Positions 1 through 9,986 of a DNA stretch of 64,000 nucleotides are shown piece after piece (position 1 is the first letter of the stretch; each line of letters opens with the position of its first letter). The DNA lies in IMG/VR virus record IMGVR_UViG_3300010352_001543; one strand, 5' to 3'. The translations under genes were made by a program, and so were the position numbers. The notes under the pieces were generated by a model. It was not told the origin of the DNA and made no database searches. It saw only the letters and a program-made list of their open reading frames with translations. The stretch comes from a virus (lineage: Duplodnaviria > Caudoviricetes).

Positions 1-424
1 GTGGTCTTCTTGCTGATGTATTTCCTTCAGCTGTCATAATCCCTGTGGTAGAAACAGCTACAACAACACCAGTATGTCCTGTTCCATCTCCATTCGACCA
101 ACTGATAGCAACACCCGGAACAGCTTCTTTATAATTCTTAGAAAAAAGACCAGCTCCGGAGTGTTGGGAACTTGCACTATAATAACTTCTTCTTGGTTGA
201 TTGTAATTGAAATGCTTGTCTGTCCAATAAGAAGTAGAAGTCACGAAACTAGCACACCAGGGATTTCCATCCCGGTGAGGAGAAGCATTTTCACTCTTTA
301 ACCATTTAGTTAATAAAGGTCCTCTGTTGTCTCCGCCTGATTCATAGATATAATTAGTTTTTCCTCCATCAAATGTTAGAATCCAATTACAAAGCCAAGC
401 TCTTTTTTCTGCCGCTGATGCCAT
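1..424 (-). CDS. CHAP-domain peptidoglycan hydrolase, 3' end runs off the window
   Basis: Not in ORF track. Manual translation from ATG at 424: MASAAEKRAWLCNWILTFDGG...GNPWCASFV...GTGHTGVVVAVS...TAEGNTS, containing the CHAP Cys (WCASFV), His (GHTGVV) and EGN motifs. Confidence 0.85.
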   Translation of the reverse strand, partial: MASAAEKRAWLCNWILTFDGGKTNYIYESGGDNRGPLLTKWLKSENASPHRDGNPWCASFVTSTSYWTDKHFNYNQPRRSYYSASSQHSGAGLFSKNYKEAVPGVAISWSNGDGTGHTGVVVAVSTTGIMTAEGNTSARRP

Positions 425-441
425 TTAGTTATAAAATATTT

Positions 442-954
442 TTAAAATATAACGCTATTTTCTAAAATGTTAGCTTCATTTTTTCCTTCTTCTTGAATAG
501 TAGGAGGAAACAAATCTTTCGCTACATTCATCCCTTTGTTCTTCAATGTCTTTAGAAGATTATGAAATTTAGTTCTTCGTGGGTCAATGTTGGTAGTCTT
601 TTCAATATACTGGTCTCTGATATTAAAAGTTGAACCTTTTGTCTCTTCTTTCTTCTTGACTGTATTGAATTTTGTTTTGAAATCTGATATCTCAGGAATA
701 AAAACAATAGTATCTTTGTCTAGTGAATAAGGATTTGAAATACCATTGAACTTCAGAATGAAATCAAAATAGTTCTCGGTTCTGTAAGCCACATAGCTAA
801 CAAGGTCAGGACGCATTTCCATGTCCGAAACATAAAACAAATCAATAATACGAACACCGGTACTTGATTGACCAATTACCGGTTCACATAAATTTACTAT
901 TTGTTCACCATTTTTTAAAAATAATGGTTTTGCATTTAAAATTGTTGAATCCAT
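442..954 (-). CDS. baseplate wedge protein, T4 gp53-like
   Basis: RPDLVSYVAY...FILKFNGISNPYSL is the gp53/LysM-like baseplate motif; neighbours are structural genes. Confidence 0.7.
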   Translation of the reverse strand: MDSTILNAKPLFLKNGEQIVNLCEPVIGQSSTGVRIIDLFYVSDMEMRPDLVSYVAYRTENYFDFILKFNGISNPYSLDKDTIVFIPEISDFKTKFNTVKKKEETKGSTFNIRDQYIEKTTNIDPRRTKFHNLLKTLKNKGMNVAKDLFPPTIQEEGKNEANILENSVIF

Positions 955-955
955 A

Positions 956-1735
956 TTATTGGAATAATTTTTTTGTTTTTCTATTTTTTAATCTTTTTAT
1001 AGCTATTTCATAGTACGTTGGAGATAATTCAAAACCAATAAAATTCCTGTTGTTATCTTTAGCTACTTTAGCTGTTGTTCCACTTCCCATAAATGGGTCT
1101 AATATTATATCTTCTTGATAACTGAGCAATTTAATTATTTTACTTGCAAACGACTCACTAAAATTAGCTTTAGTTAATCCTTTCGTCTCTGTAGGTGCTT
1201 TGATTATACCATGAGTTAAATTTATAAAATCTTCTTTCTCTATATCAGATATTCCTTTTGATTTTTTCTTCCATTGATCTTTATACATTATTAAAACTCC
1301 TTCAAATGGATTCATTATATTCGGAGAAGATGCTGACATCCAACTACCCCACGCGGAACCAACTGATAAATTATTATCCATCCATGTTAAAATAGAATAA
1401 GGACTAAAACCTAATTTTTTCATGATGTTATAAAATTCCGAAATTGGAGAGGTATTGAATTTATCTTTTCTTAAAGAAATATAATGATTTATTGCTATTC
1501 TTCCATCACTTTTTAACACCCTTAAACATTCTTTTAACCAATCTTCACACCAACTATAATAATCTTCCCATTCTAAATTATCCTTGTATATATCATATTC
1601 GATACCTATATTGTAAGGAGGAGAAGTAAAAATTAAATCTATTGAATTATCTGGAATTATTTGTAAACCTTTCAAACAATCCATATTATAAATTTTATTT
1701 AGTTCCAAATTTTTATTCCTTTTTATAATTTCCAT
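956..1735 (-). CDS. site-specific DNA methyltransferase, beta class (probably N4-cytosine)
   Basis: Motif IV FTSPPY precedes motif I ILDPFMGSGTT; MDCLKGL and GFEL motifs. Confidence 0.9.
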   Translation of the reverse strand: MEIIKRNKNLELNKIYNMDCLKGLQIIPDNSIDLIFTSPPYNIGIEYDIYKDNLEWEDYYSWCEDWLKECLRVLKSDGRIAINHYISLRKDKFNTSPISEFYNIMKKLGFSPYSILTWMDNNLSVGSAWGSWMSASSPNIMNPFEGVLIMYKDQWKKKSKGISDIEKEDFINLTHGIIKAPTETKGLTKANFSESFASKIIKLLSYQEDIILDPFMGSGTTAKVAKDNNRNFIGFELSPTYYEIAIKRLKNRKTKKLFQ

Positions 1736-1771
1736 ACATATAATTTATTTTACAAATAAACAGTATAATTA

Positions 1772-4700
1772 TTACTCACCCATTCTCTTGAATGCTACTT
1801 TTTCTGATAGAGCGGCGGCTTTCTTATATCCACTAAAAGTTTCATTAGCATTTGCTATTCTCGGAAGTAAAACTTCTTCAGTTTGCTTTACCTCATCTGT
1901 ATATTCTTTGTTTGTGTTCAAGGTGTCTTGGTCATTAGTGTTCATTAAATTCGAAATTGACTCTCTTTTTCCAGTATGAGCATTTACATAGGTAGTAGGT
2001 CTCTTACCAAGAATGTTCGACATGTCAGTAGAAGAAACAGTTTGATTGTATTTCTCGGTTGCTTGTCCTTCATAGCCCCAATGTAATTTACCAAGTCCAC
2101 GGTTGAACATATTTTCAATTGCTCCTTTGTCTCTTGGCATTCCATGATCTAATGATACAGTAACCGTCATTGTTTCAGGAAAATCATCAATTCCTAAATC
2201 TTCCGAAAAACTAATTTGTGTTTTCGTTACAATTAAATTTCCGATCATTTCTATCGGATTGAAAGGATTTCCAATAACCAAATGCCATTCACCTACTGGT
2301 TCACCTGTTAATAATGATTTAATAGCTAAAATATTAGGCCTTGATTGAACTTTCTTTGCCATCCAAAGTTTTCCGGCACCAGAAGCAAGTTTACTAATTG
2401 TTCCGGCAGGATCACTTAACATTCCTGAAAGTGTTTCACCTAAATTTGCAAAACCTTCAGTAAATTTGGTTGCTATGGCATCTATGTATGTACTTGGATC
2501 TCCACTGAAAAATGCTTCTTGAGCTTTTTTTCCACCCATGAACGGGTATTGAGGATGTTGCGGAAAATATCTTATATCTCCGCCCCAAAAATCAGCATCT
2601 GTGTATGTCAGTGCAAGAATGTCAGCAAGGATATCAAGCATTGCCGCTTTGGGATTTATGCCACCAATTGATTTTAGTTCATATGTAAAAGTCACATTGA
2701 ACGTTTGGGTGTAGTCTATTCCTGCTTTTCTCGCATAAGTTTTAGTTATTCTGTTAACTGGACCAAATATTTTATTGACATATTTTCCGGAAGAATAAGG
2801 ATCATATTTTTCTTTCCACTCAGATGCCTCTATAGCATCTTCACCTGAAACATTAGAAGCACCTTGTCCACCAGAAGTAACAACATTAAAATCAAATAAT
2901 TTCTTCGCAACCTGATCAAATGGTCCGGTTGAAGAGCTTGCCTCATTTCCGTCTATTTCATTATCGTTTTGCATTTCTTCTGAGTCGATCGGAGCCCATT
3001 CTAAATTATAAGACATTCCAAGCATTTCTCCTAATGTATTACCTGTTCCATCACCATACCAAGCAATCGCCGATGCTACAGGTACTTGAAATAAATCCCT
3101 GTCAAAATCAGAACCATGTAATTTTCCTGAGTCATTTACTGGCATAGAAAAACGACGGAGAGTTATCATTCTATTGTTTGGAATTTTAGCATAATCTTTG
3201 GTGTAAAGAAGATCTTTCCATTGATAAGCAAATTGTGGATTGTCTTGCCAATTTTCAGCATCACAAAGATTCTCGAATGTTGGTTCAATTATTTTTGAAA
3301 GAGTAGGAGAATTGTTTGTCTGCTCTATTGGAACATAATCCTTTTGATATTCTTTGAAATACCAATTCTCTTCCAACCGGGAAAGAATTTCTTTTTTCAT
3401 ATCTTCCATTTCAAGTTCAAGAGTAGCAAGTTCTTCAGGCGCTATGGCAATAAAACTATTAGCATTTTCCTGATCGTCTTTTGCTTTCTGACAAAGACGT
3501 CCATCCGGATAATAATTTACTACTCCATTAGTTTCACACTTGATCCAACCTTTTTCTTTCAACCAATATTCTTCCACATTTGCAGTTGACAGTTGCATAG
3601 TAGCTGGTCCTTTTAAACCGGGACGAGCATTGTCACCCGGTTTAACATTTATAGTAATTGTATTACCTGCAATTTTTGTGTTCGATCCGTTTCCGGTCCA
3701 TGTATTTGAGTTATAACTCGTCGTAGCGGGATCTACTAATGATGAGCCAACACTATTGACCTTTTTCACCACAGCCGCCTTTAAATCAGTTGTTGACGCT
3801 GATTTGGTTATGTCGGTATTTTTAGCACCTGTTAAAACTTCATCTATAAATTTACCAACAGGTGATTTAGAAGAAACTCCAAGAGCTTTGGCACCGGCAG
3901 CAAACGCTCCTATGAAACCGGAAATTGAATTAGATGATTGTTTTTTGACGTCCATTGAATTGGCAGCTCCTAAAAACTTATTGACAAAGTTTTTAGTGTC
4001 TTCACTTGCAGCATTTCCGAGAGCGCTTAGTATATTAGCACTTTTTGTTTTCACATCAGCAAGTAATGCAGTCATTGACTTTATATCTGTTATGTCAGTA
4101 GTTGTTGCTTTTGCAACAACTGAATTGACGAAACTCATTACTTGATTACCTTCGGAACCCAAAACATTTAGTAAACTTGAATCGTTAACGAAGCCTTCTA
4201 CTAAACCGGAAACCGAATCCAGTGCCTGGTTGCCCGGAACTATGTTTTTTATTGATTTAGCGGAATCTTTTAAAAATTTCATAACATTGTCACCAATACC
4301 ATTTCCTGTTGGTTCATTTCCTGTTGTTTCTCCTGTTGAAGAAGGCTGAACTTCTGGTGATTGATCTGGGTTCCACATAGAAGTCATATTAGTAGGTGTG
4401 ACAGGAGTTGATGTTTTAGTAACATCAGAAACCCAAATTTCAATGTTCATGTTTTCTACTGCTTGATAAGCGGAGTCATTATTGTTTATAAAACTATCAG
4501 TTGTATTACCGTTTGCTTTGTCTAATAAATCAGTAGAAGTTGTTTTATCAGATAATGAATTAGTCCCTGATACAGCTACACCATTTTCTGTTTTTGTGAA
4601 AGTTATTGTTTTACCAATAGAAGAAAAACCAGGGGAACCTTCTTGGTCGATTAACATTTTATGATGATTCTGTCCGGCGATATGACCAAAACGAATTAAA

Positions 4701-6058
4701 ACGAATTCATTCATTAGAGAAGAGGAACCATAAAAATCAGGACCTTTCGGCATCTTATTACCAATTTGTTGGCTGTCTGAATACGAAAATTTAAAACGAA
4801 GATCCCAAGGACGTTCGAATCCTTTTGTTAAAGAGGAATTCTTTGGTGGTTGAGCAGTCGAAGTAGATAGAGGTGATTTTATAATTTTACTTGGAGACAG
4901 ATCCTTTACTTTTTCTATAGACGAACCGGAAATAGAAGGAACAACATTCAAAGCACTGTCAGCTGTCAGTAGTTTTAAATCATCTAATGTTTTACTCCAG
5001 AATTTAGAACTTGTTAGTTGTGAAGAAAGATTTTTTATTTCAGCTACCGCATCTTTATATTTTTCTTTTATCTTAGGTAAGGCAGCTTCAATTTTCTTGG
5101 CGGCATCAACACCTTTTGCGTAAGTAGAAGTAGTAAATTTTTTAATGGAAGCTGGATTAGTTATATCAACTTTTTTAGCATCTCCAAGAATTCCATTTAT
5201 AAATTTACCCGCATCCGACTTATCAGAAATTCCTAACTTCTTTGTAGTAGACTGAACATCATTTACAAAACCAGAAATTGAATTTTTTGCTTGTTTTGTT
5301 ATATCAAGGTTATTAGCAACCGCTGAGAATTTATCAACGAATGCTTTTGATTCAGGACTGTCAAAACTAAGAATAGCCTTTCCTTGATTGATGACTGAAC
5401 TAAGAAGTTGTTTCATAGAAGAGGCGTTCGTTAGATCAGTCGTCTTAGCTTTGGAAACAATGTTAGAAATAAAACCAGCTACGTCTGAACCGGACAAAGA
5501 ACCTGCATCAGCTATGAATTTTTCAACCATACCTGAAACAGATTCTAATGTTTGATTACCGGGAGATATATTTTTGATTGAGCTTGTTATTTCTTTAACA
5601 AAGCCCAGTGCTTTATTTTCTAAATTCTTTGTGTCTACACCAGCAGACGAAAGAAGTGAATTTAGCTGGTCAATTTTTAAATCATTGTTAGCAAGAAGTT
5701 CTTTAGCTGCATTGAAAATACCGGAAATACTTTTGTCGTTTCCAACTATGTTTTGGGCAGAATTAATAATATCGGAGAAATTAGAGTCACCGATTAGATT
5801 AGAAACAATGTCTATTATTCCATCTGTACTTTTGTTGGTCCCTTTTAAATCCTTTACTGAATCCAAAATATTTGATACGTCCAGAACAGAGAAATTAGAT
5901 ATCTGTTTTCTTATGCTATTTAATTCTGATTGTAAACTACTTTTTGTTAGTTCATCCGCTGAATCCAACAGCGATTGAATCTTAAATTCCTTGAGATTTA
6001 AATTCTGTAGTTTTTCAATATTTTCTTTGTTTACTAAATCACCTATTTTAAAAGACAT
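1772..6058 (-). CDS. large structural protein, probable baseplate/tail-tube-associated protein
   Basis: 1428 aa; helical S/K/A-rich N-half with an internal duplication; C-half (IPNNRMITLRRF, WHLVIGNPFNPIEMIGNL, DDFPETMTVTVSL) resembles jumbo-phage tail-tube/baseplate proteins; lies near the gp53-like gene. Confidence 0.55.
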   Translation of the reverse strand: MSFKIGDLVNKENIEKLQNLNLKEFKIQSLLDSADELTKSSLQSELNSIRKQISNFSVLDVSNILDSVKDLKGTNKSTDGIIDIVSNLIGDSNFSDIINSAQNIVGNDKSISGIFNAAKELLANNDLKIDQLNSLLSSAGVDTKNLENKALGFVKEITSSIKNISPGNQTLESVSGMVEKFIADAGSLSGSDVAGFISNIVSKAKTTDLTNASSMKQLLSSVINQGKAILSFDSPESKAFVDKFSAVANNLDITKQAKNSISGFVNDVQSTTKKLGISDKSDAGKFINGILGDAKKVDITNPASIKKFTTSTYAKGVDAAKKIEAALPKIKEKYKDAVAEIKNLSSQLTSSKFWSKTLDDLKLLTADSALNVVPSISGSSIEKVKDLSPSKIIKSPLSTSTAQPPKNSSLTKGFERPWDLRFKFSYSDSQQIGNKMPKGPDFYGSSSLMNEFVLIRFGHIAGQNHHKMLIDQEGSPGFSSIGKTITFTKTENGVAVSGTNSLSDKTTSTDLLDKANGNTTDSFINNNDSAYQAVENMNIEIWVSDVTKTSTPVTPTNMTSMWNPDQSPEVQPSSTGETTGNEPTGNGIGDNVMKFLKDSAKSIKNIVPGNQALDSVSGLVEGFVNDSSLLNVLGSEGNQVMSFVNSVVAKATTTDITDIKSMTALLADVKTKSANILSALGNAASEDTKNFVNKFLGAANSMDVKKQSSNSISGFIGAFAAGAKALGVSSKSPVGKFIDEVLTGAKNTDITKSASTTDLKAAVVKKVNSVGSSLVDPATTSYNSNTWTGNGSNTKIAGNTITINVKPGDNARPGLKGPATMQLSTANVEEYWLKEKGWIKCETNGVVNYYPDGRLCQKAKDDQENANSFIAIAPEELATLELEMEDMKKEILSRLEENWYFKEYQKDYVPIEQTNNSPTLSKIIEPTFENLCDAENWQDNPQFAYQWKDLLYTKDYAKIPNNRMITLRRFSMPVNDSGKLHGSDFDRDLFQVPVASAIAWYGDGTGNTLGEMLGMSYNLEWAPIDSEEMQNDNEIDGNEASSSTGPFDQVAKKLFDFNVVTSGGQGASNVSGEDAIEASEWKEKYDPYSSGKYVNKIFGPVNRITKTYARKAGIDYTQTFNVTFTYELKSIGGINPKAAMLDILADILALTYTDADFWGGDIRYFPQHPQYPFMGGKKAQEAFFSGDPSTYIDAIATKFTEGFANLGETLSGMLSDPAGTISKLASGAGKLWMAKKVQSRPNILAIKSLLTGEPVGEWHLVIGNPFNPIEMIGNLIVTKTQISFSEDLGIDDFPETMTVTVSLDHGMPRDKGAIENMFNRGLGKLHWGYEGQATEKYNQTVSSTDMSNILGKRPTTYVNAHTGKRESISNLMNTNDQDTLNTNKEYTDEVKQTEEVLLPRIANANETFSGYKKAAALSEKVAFKRMGE

Positions 6059-6087
6059 TGATACTTATTAATTTTAACTATTTTTCC

Positions 6088-6630
6088 TTAATCACCATAC
6101 ACATCGAAATAGTAAACAGTGAACAATTTAAAGATTAATGACAGGAATAGAACATTACAAACTCTTGCTATGTCCTTTGCCTCATACCAATCAACTCCGG
6201 GTAGATCTTTGTCATCATATTCGGTACAATCCAACTCAAAACATTTATAGTTGATTTGCGCTTCGTGATTAATTAGTTCACCTAAATGTTTAATATTTTT
6301 AATATCGATAGTTGGTAGGCCAATTGTTATGAGATGATCCACCATATCAATAATACTTGCGTTTGGAGTATACTCAAAAATCGGAAGAAGTTCATTCATG
6401 TCCTTAATTGTTGATAAGTCAACCGGGGAAACTGAACTTTTCTTTAGTTGTTTCTTTAAATCTTCTGCTTGGACTTCGTCACTTTTTTCATCCTCTGTCT
6501 TGAATAAATTCTTTGGATCCTCTTCTTCATCCCTAATTTCTTTGAGTTTATCCTGATTCAATAAACCAAAATAACGAATCTTAGCAGTCTTGCTGTGTCT
6601 GATTAGAAGGAAAACATTTTTCGACTCCAT
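6088..6630 (-). CDS. hypothetical protein
   Basis: 180 aa ORF tightly packed with neighbours. Confidence 0.6.
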   Translation of the reverse strand: MESKNVFLLIRHSKTAKIRYFGLLNQDKLKEIRDEEEDPKNLFKTEDEKSDEVQAEDLKKQLKKSSVSPVDLSTIKDMNELLPIFEYTPNASIIDMVDHLITIGLPTIDIKNIKHLGELINHEAQINYKCFELDCTEYDDKDLPGVDWYEAKDIARVCNVLFLSLIFKLFTVYYFDVYGD

Positions 6631-6632
6631 TC

Positions 6633-6977
6633 CTATTCCTCTATAATGATTTTATGATAAAATTGTTCATACTTGTTAGTGTATTGTGTTTCAAATCCCG
6701 CTGGTATGTTTTCAGCTATCCAAAGGACATCATGTTTTAGATTTATCATAACATCTATAAAAAACATATCAACTTCATTTGAATATTTTTCGTATATATC
6801 CAAAAGACGGACCGGAGCAAAATAAAAATTATGACCTTTGATTTCAAAATGAACCATTGCTGTACTTGCGGTACCTTTCACAGTCCAATTTATTTCAATT
6901 GGTTCATACCATCCATCAACATTGATTTTGGAAGTCCTATCGAATTCCACCATTTCTTTACTATTAAACGTCTGCAT
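6633..6977 (-). CDS. hypothetical protein
   Basis: 114 aa ORF overlapping the upstream gene. Confidence 0.6.
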   Translation of the reverse strand: MQTFNSKEMVEFDRTSKINVDGWYEPIEINWTVKGTASTAMVHFEIKGHNFYFAPVRLLDIYEKYSNEVDMFFIDVMINLKHDVLWIAENIPAGFETQYTNKYEQFYHKIIIEE

Positions 6978-7191
6978 TTTCGCCTTCTGTCTCTTCTGTT
7001 TGTTCAGCTACAATTTCTACATTTAGTAAGTCAAAAGCTACTTGAATCGCTTTATAATCTCCAAAATTATATGCACCTTTGTTACCGGCAAGGTAAACCG
7101 CCTTGATCAAAGTACCTACACCTTTTTCCCACTGTTCTGCTGTTAGAACAACCGTGTTTTGTTCTTCAACCGTTGTTTGATTATCTTCCAT
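6964..7191 (-). CDS. hypothetical protein
   Basis: 75 aa acidic ORF with GGAA-containing leader. Confidence 0.6.
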   Translation of the reverse strand: MEDNQTTVEEQNTVVLTAEQWEKGVGTLIKAVYLAGNKGAYNFGDYKAIQVAFDLLNVEIVAEQTEETEGENADV

Positions 7192-7204
7192 TGATTTTTA
7201 TTTC

Positions 7205-7474
7205 CTATATTTTTGTTAAATATTTATCTAAAATGTTTAGTATATCATCACCTTTTCTAAATTCACCATGATTTGGATAAAGGAAATCCCAGTCATCCTC
7301 GTCTTCTTCAAATTTAATGCCAAAGTTCTTTAAAAGTTTAAATTGAATATCATATTTATCTTTTTGTGTCTTAGGTTTGCTGGTTACATTAGAAGTTAAC
7401 CAAGCAAGAACATCTTTTTCTTTTGCTTCTTCGTTTAAAACAAACGATCCACTGAGTTGAGTGTATTTTTTCAT
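7205..7474 (-). CDS. small protein with capsid-targeting-like leader (MKKYTQLSGSFVLNEE)
   Basis: Probable start is ATG at 7474, downstream of AATATATAA (7492-7500); the leader resembles those at 27949, 34149 and 35116. Confidence 0.5.
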   Translation of the reverse strand: MKKYTQLSGSFVLNEEAKEKDVLAWLTSNVTSKPKTQKDKYDIQFKLLKNFGIKFEEDEDDWDFLYPNHGEFRKGDDILNILDKYLTKI

Positions 7475-7506
7475 ATGTCGAATCTTTTTCTTTATATATT
7501 TGTTTA

Positions 7507-8343
7507 TCAAATTAAGAAATCTTTTTCTATATCAATATAGTATTGGTTCAGTGCCACCAAAGCATCTATGTTTCCCTGAGGAGTAAATGACCAACTATCA
7601 TACGATGAACTGAAATCATTCATGTTCTCTCCGTTAGCAATCGCGCATTTGGAAAATGTTTGAATTGCTATCTGTGGATAAATTATGAAATATTTTTTAT
7701 TATTTTTAGTAGTAACAGCATCCAAATGATATGTGTCTACTACATCCGGAATATGATTACTATATGCTGAAATTATATCATTAAATAAACCATTCTGGTT
7801 TGAATAAAGCATTGCATGACTACACCAGGGTCTTGTGTTCAATCCTTCAACCTCATAAATAAGTTCATCTTCGTTTTCTTTGAGTTTAATATTTTGTAGG
7901 TTGAATATTTCCTGACCGGTGAAGTTATTAAGTGTTCTTGTGTAGTGGCCTAAGAAGATCAAATCCCAATCTATTTTCTTGGTTTCTATTTCGGTAAATA
8001 TTTTATCAATGTAAACCTCAAAGTCCTTGTGGAGAATTGCATCGTCTTCAAAAATTAAAATTGTTTCATAGCCATGTTCAAGGGCATCCTGTACTGCCAT
8101 CCAGTGACTGAAAGTGGCCGCGGAGAATCCATTAATTCTTAGAGAAGATATAAAAAATTTATCTGAATTTCTTTCAAAGAATTTAGCCAGGAAACTATCA
8201 AGTACTTTCCCATTTATGGCAGTAATTCTATTTGAATTTATATCGAAATTAGCAAAGCGTCTTTCCATGAAAAACTGTCGGTCTGTTCTTACGTCTAAAT
8301 TAACATAATATATTTGGTCTATAAGTTCGTTTATTTTTCTCAA
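7507..8343 (-). CDS. glycosyltransferase family 25 (paralog 3)
   Basis: IYYVNLDVRTDR, FSHW, LIFEDDA, WDLIFLG; probable TTG start at 8343 overlapping the upstream TGA. Confidence 0.85.
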   Translation of the reverse strand: MRKINELIDQIYYVNLDVRTDRQFFMERRFANFDINSNRITAINGKVLDSFLAKFFERNSDKFFISSLRINGFSAATFSHWMAVQDALEHGYETILIFEDDAILHKDFEVYIDKIFTEIETKKIDWDLIFLGHYTRTLNNFTGQEIFNLQNIKLKENEDELIYEVEGLNTRPWCSHAMLYSNQNGLFNDIISAYSNHIPDVVDTYHLDAVTTKNNKKYFIIYPQIAIQTFSKCAIANGENMNDFSSSYDSWSFTPQGNIDALVALNQYYIDIEKDFLI

Positions 8344-9149
8344 ATTATAAAGTCCTTTTCTATATTTACATAATGCTGATTTATGGATGCTATTGTTCGT
8401 TCGATGTCGGTCGGAACAAACCAACGTTTCAAAGATGAACTATAATCTTCCATTGATTCATTTCTTGATATATTTACATTTGTTTCTGTCTGTATTGAAA
8501 TTTGAGGAAAGGAAATAAAAATTTTCATATCTTTCCGGTTCTTCATTGAATCTAAATAATTTCTATCAATGTCGTTTGGAATATTGTTACTGTAATCCGA
8601 AATTATATCATTGAACAACCCATTCCTATCCGAATAAAGCAGAGCATGACAACACCATGAGTTAAAATTCAAATTGGTAATATCATATAGCATTTTATCT
8701 TTGATTGGGATATTATCTACACTAAGAGTCTCTTCATTCGTAAAATAATCAAAACCTCTTGAATAATGACCAAGGTAAATAATATCCCAATCGATATTTT
8801 CTTTTTTTATTTCATCAAACATTTTATTAAGATAACTATCAAAATCTTTATGGAGGATAGCATCATCTTCAAGTATCAAAATTGTCTCATAACCGCGCTC
8901 TAACGCATCTTGTACGGCTAACCAATGACTAAATGTACAAGACAAATAGCCGGCGCATCTAACAGCAGATGAATAATAATTATCTTTATTTCTTTGAAAG
9001 AACTTTTCCAAGAAGTTATTTAGGACATCACCATTTATAGCTGTAATTCTTTTTGAGTTCAGACCAAAATTAAAAAGACGTCTTTCCATAAAAAATTGTC
9101 TATCCGCCCGGTTGTCTAAATTAATATAATAAATTTGGTCTATCATCAT
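8340..9149 (-). CDS. glycosyltransferase family 25 (paralog 2)
   Basis: IYYINLDNRADR, CTFSHW, LILEDDA, WDIIYLG. Confidence 0.88.
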   Translation of the reverse strand: MMIDQIYYINLDNRADRQFFMERRLFNFGLNSKRITAINGDVLNNFLEKFFQRNKDNYYSSAVRCAGYLSCTFSHWLAVQDALERGYETILILEDDAILHKDFDSYLNKMFDEIKKENIDWDIIYLGHYSRGFDYFTNEETLSVDNIPIKDKMLYDITNLNFNSWCCHALLYSDRNGLFNDIISDYSNNIPNDIDRNYLDSMKNRKDMKIFISFPQISIQTETNVNISRNESMEDYSSSLKRWFVPTDIERTIASINQHYVNIEKDFII

Positions 9150-9985
9150 ATGATAAAATCTTTTTCAAGGTCAATGTATTTATAATTTAATGAACTGTTA
9201 GAGATTTCTACTCCATCCTGTGTAAAAGCGCCACCAGCAGACGAAAATGAATTACTAAAATCACCCATCTTTTCGTTTTCGTAAATACTACACTTTGATA
9301 TTGTCTGTAAGGCCAACTGAGGGAAACAACAAAAATGGTTTCTTTCTTTGTGAGTGAAATCTTGTTCAATATTATATTGGTCACTTACTCCTAAGGATGG
9401 AATATTTAAACTATAGTCATTTATAATTTCATTAAATATTCCATTACGGTTAGAATAAAGAACACAATGATTACCCCAAGGTCTTAAATTCAATTCGTTT
9501 GAACTAAAGAGTAGCTGTGGTTTCAATTCAATATTTTTAAGACTATATTCTTCGTTGTTGGTAAGGAAACTGAAAGTTCTTGAATAGTGACCAAGGTATA
9601 TAATATCCCATTCAATTTTTCTTTCTCTAATCTCTTCGAATATTTGATTGAAATGATAATCAAAATTCTTATGAAGTATAGCATCATCTTCAAGGAGTAG
9701 TATTGTTTCATATCCATTCTCCAATGCGTCTTGAAGGGCTAACCAATGACTGAATGTACAAGTCAGATAGCCAGGAATAGTCGTTGACGGATGGTACCAT
9801 TCTTTGGAATGACGTTTAATAAAATTAGAAATAATACCATTCCACGTTTTTCCGTTCAATGCAGGTATTCTTTTTGACTGGATACCGAAATTAGACAATC
9901 TTCTCTCAATGAAAAATTGTCTGTCCGGTCGGCTATCCAAGTTTATATAATAAACCTGGTCCACTAAATTATTTATTGCTTCCAT
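9146..9985 (-). CDS. glycosyltransferase family 25 (paralog 1)
   Basis: VYYINLDSRPDR, CTFSHW, LLLEDDA, WDIIYLG; probable start MEAINN at 9985. Confidence 0.88.
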   Translation of the reverse strand: MEAINNLVDQVYYINLDSRPDRQFFIERRLSNFGIQSKRIPALNGKTWNGIISNFIKRHSKEWYHPSTTIPGYLTCTFSHWLALQDALENGYETILLLEDDAILHKNFDYHFNQIFEEIRERKIEWDIIYLGHYSRTFSFLTNNEEYSLKNIELKPQLLFSSNELNLRPWGNHCVLYSNRNGIFNEIINDYSLNIPSLGVSDQYNIEQDFTHKERNHFCCFPQLALQTISKCSIYENEKMGDFSNSFSSAGGAFTQDGVEISNSSLNYKYIDLEKDFII

Positions 9986-9986
9986 A

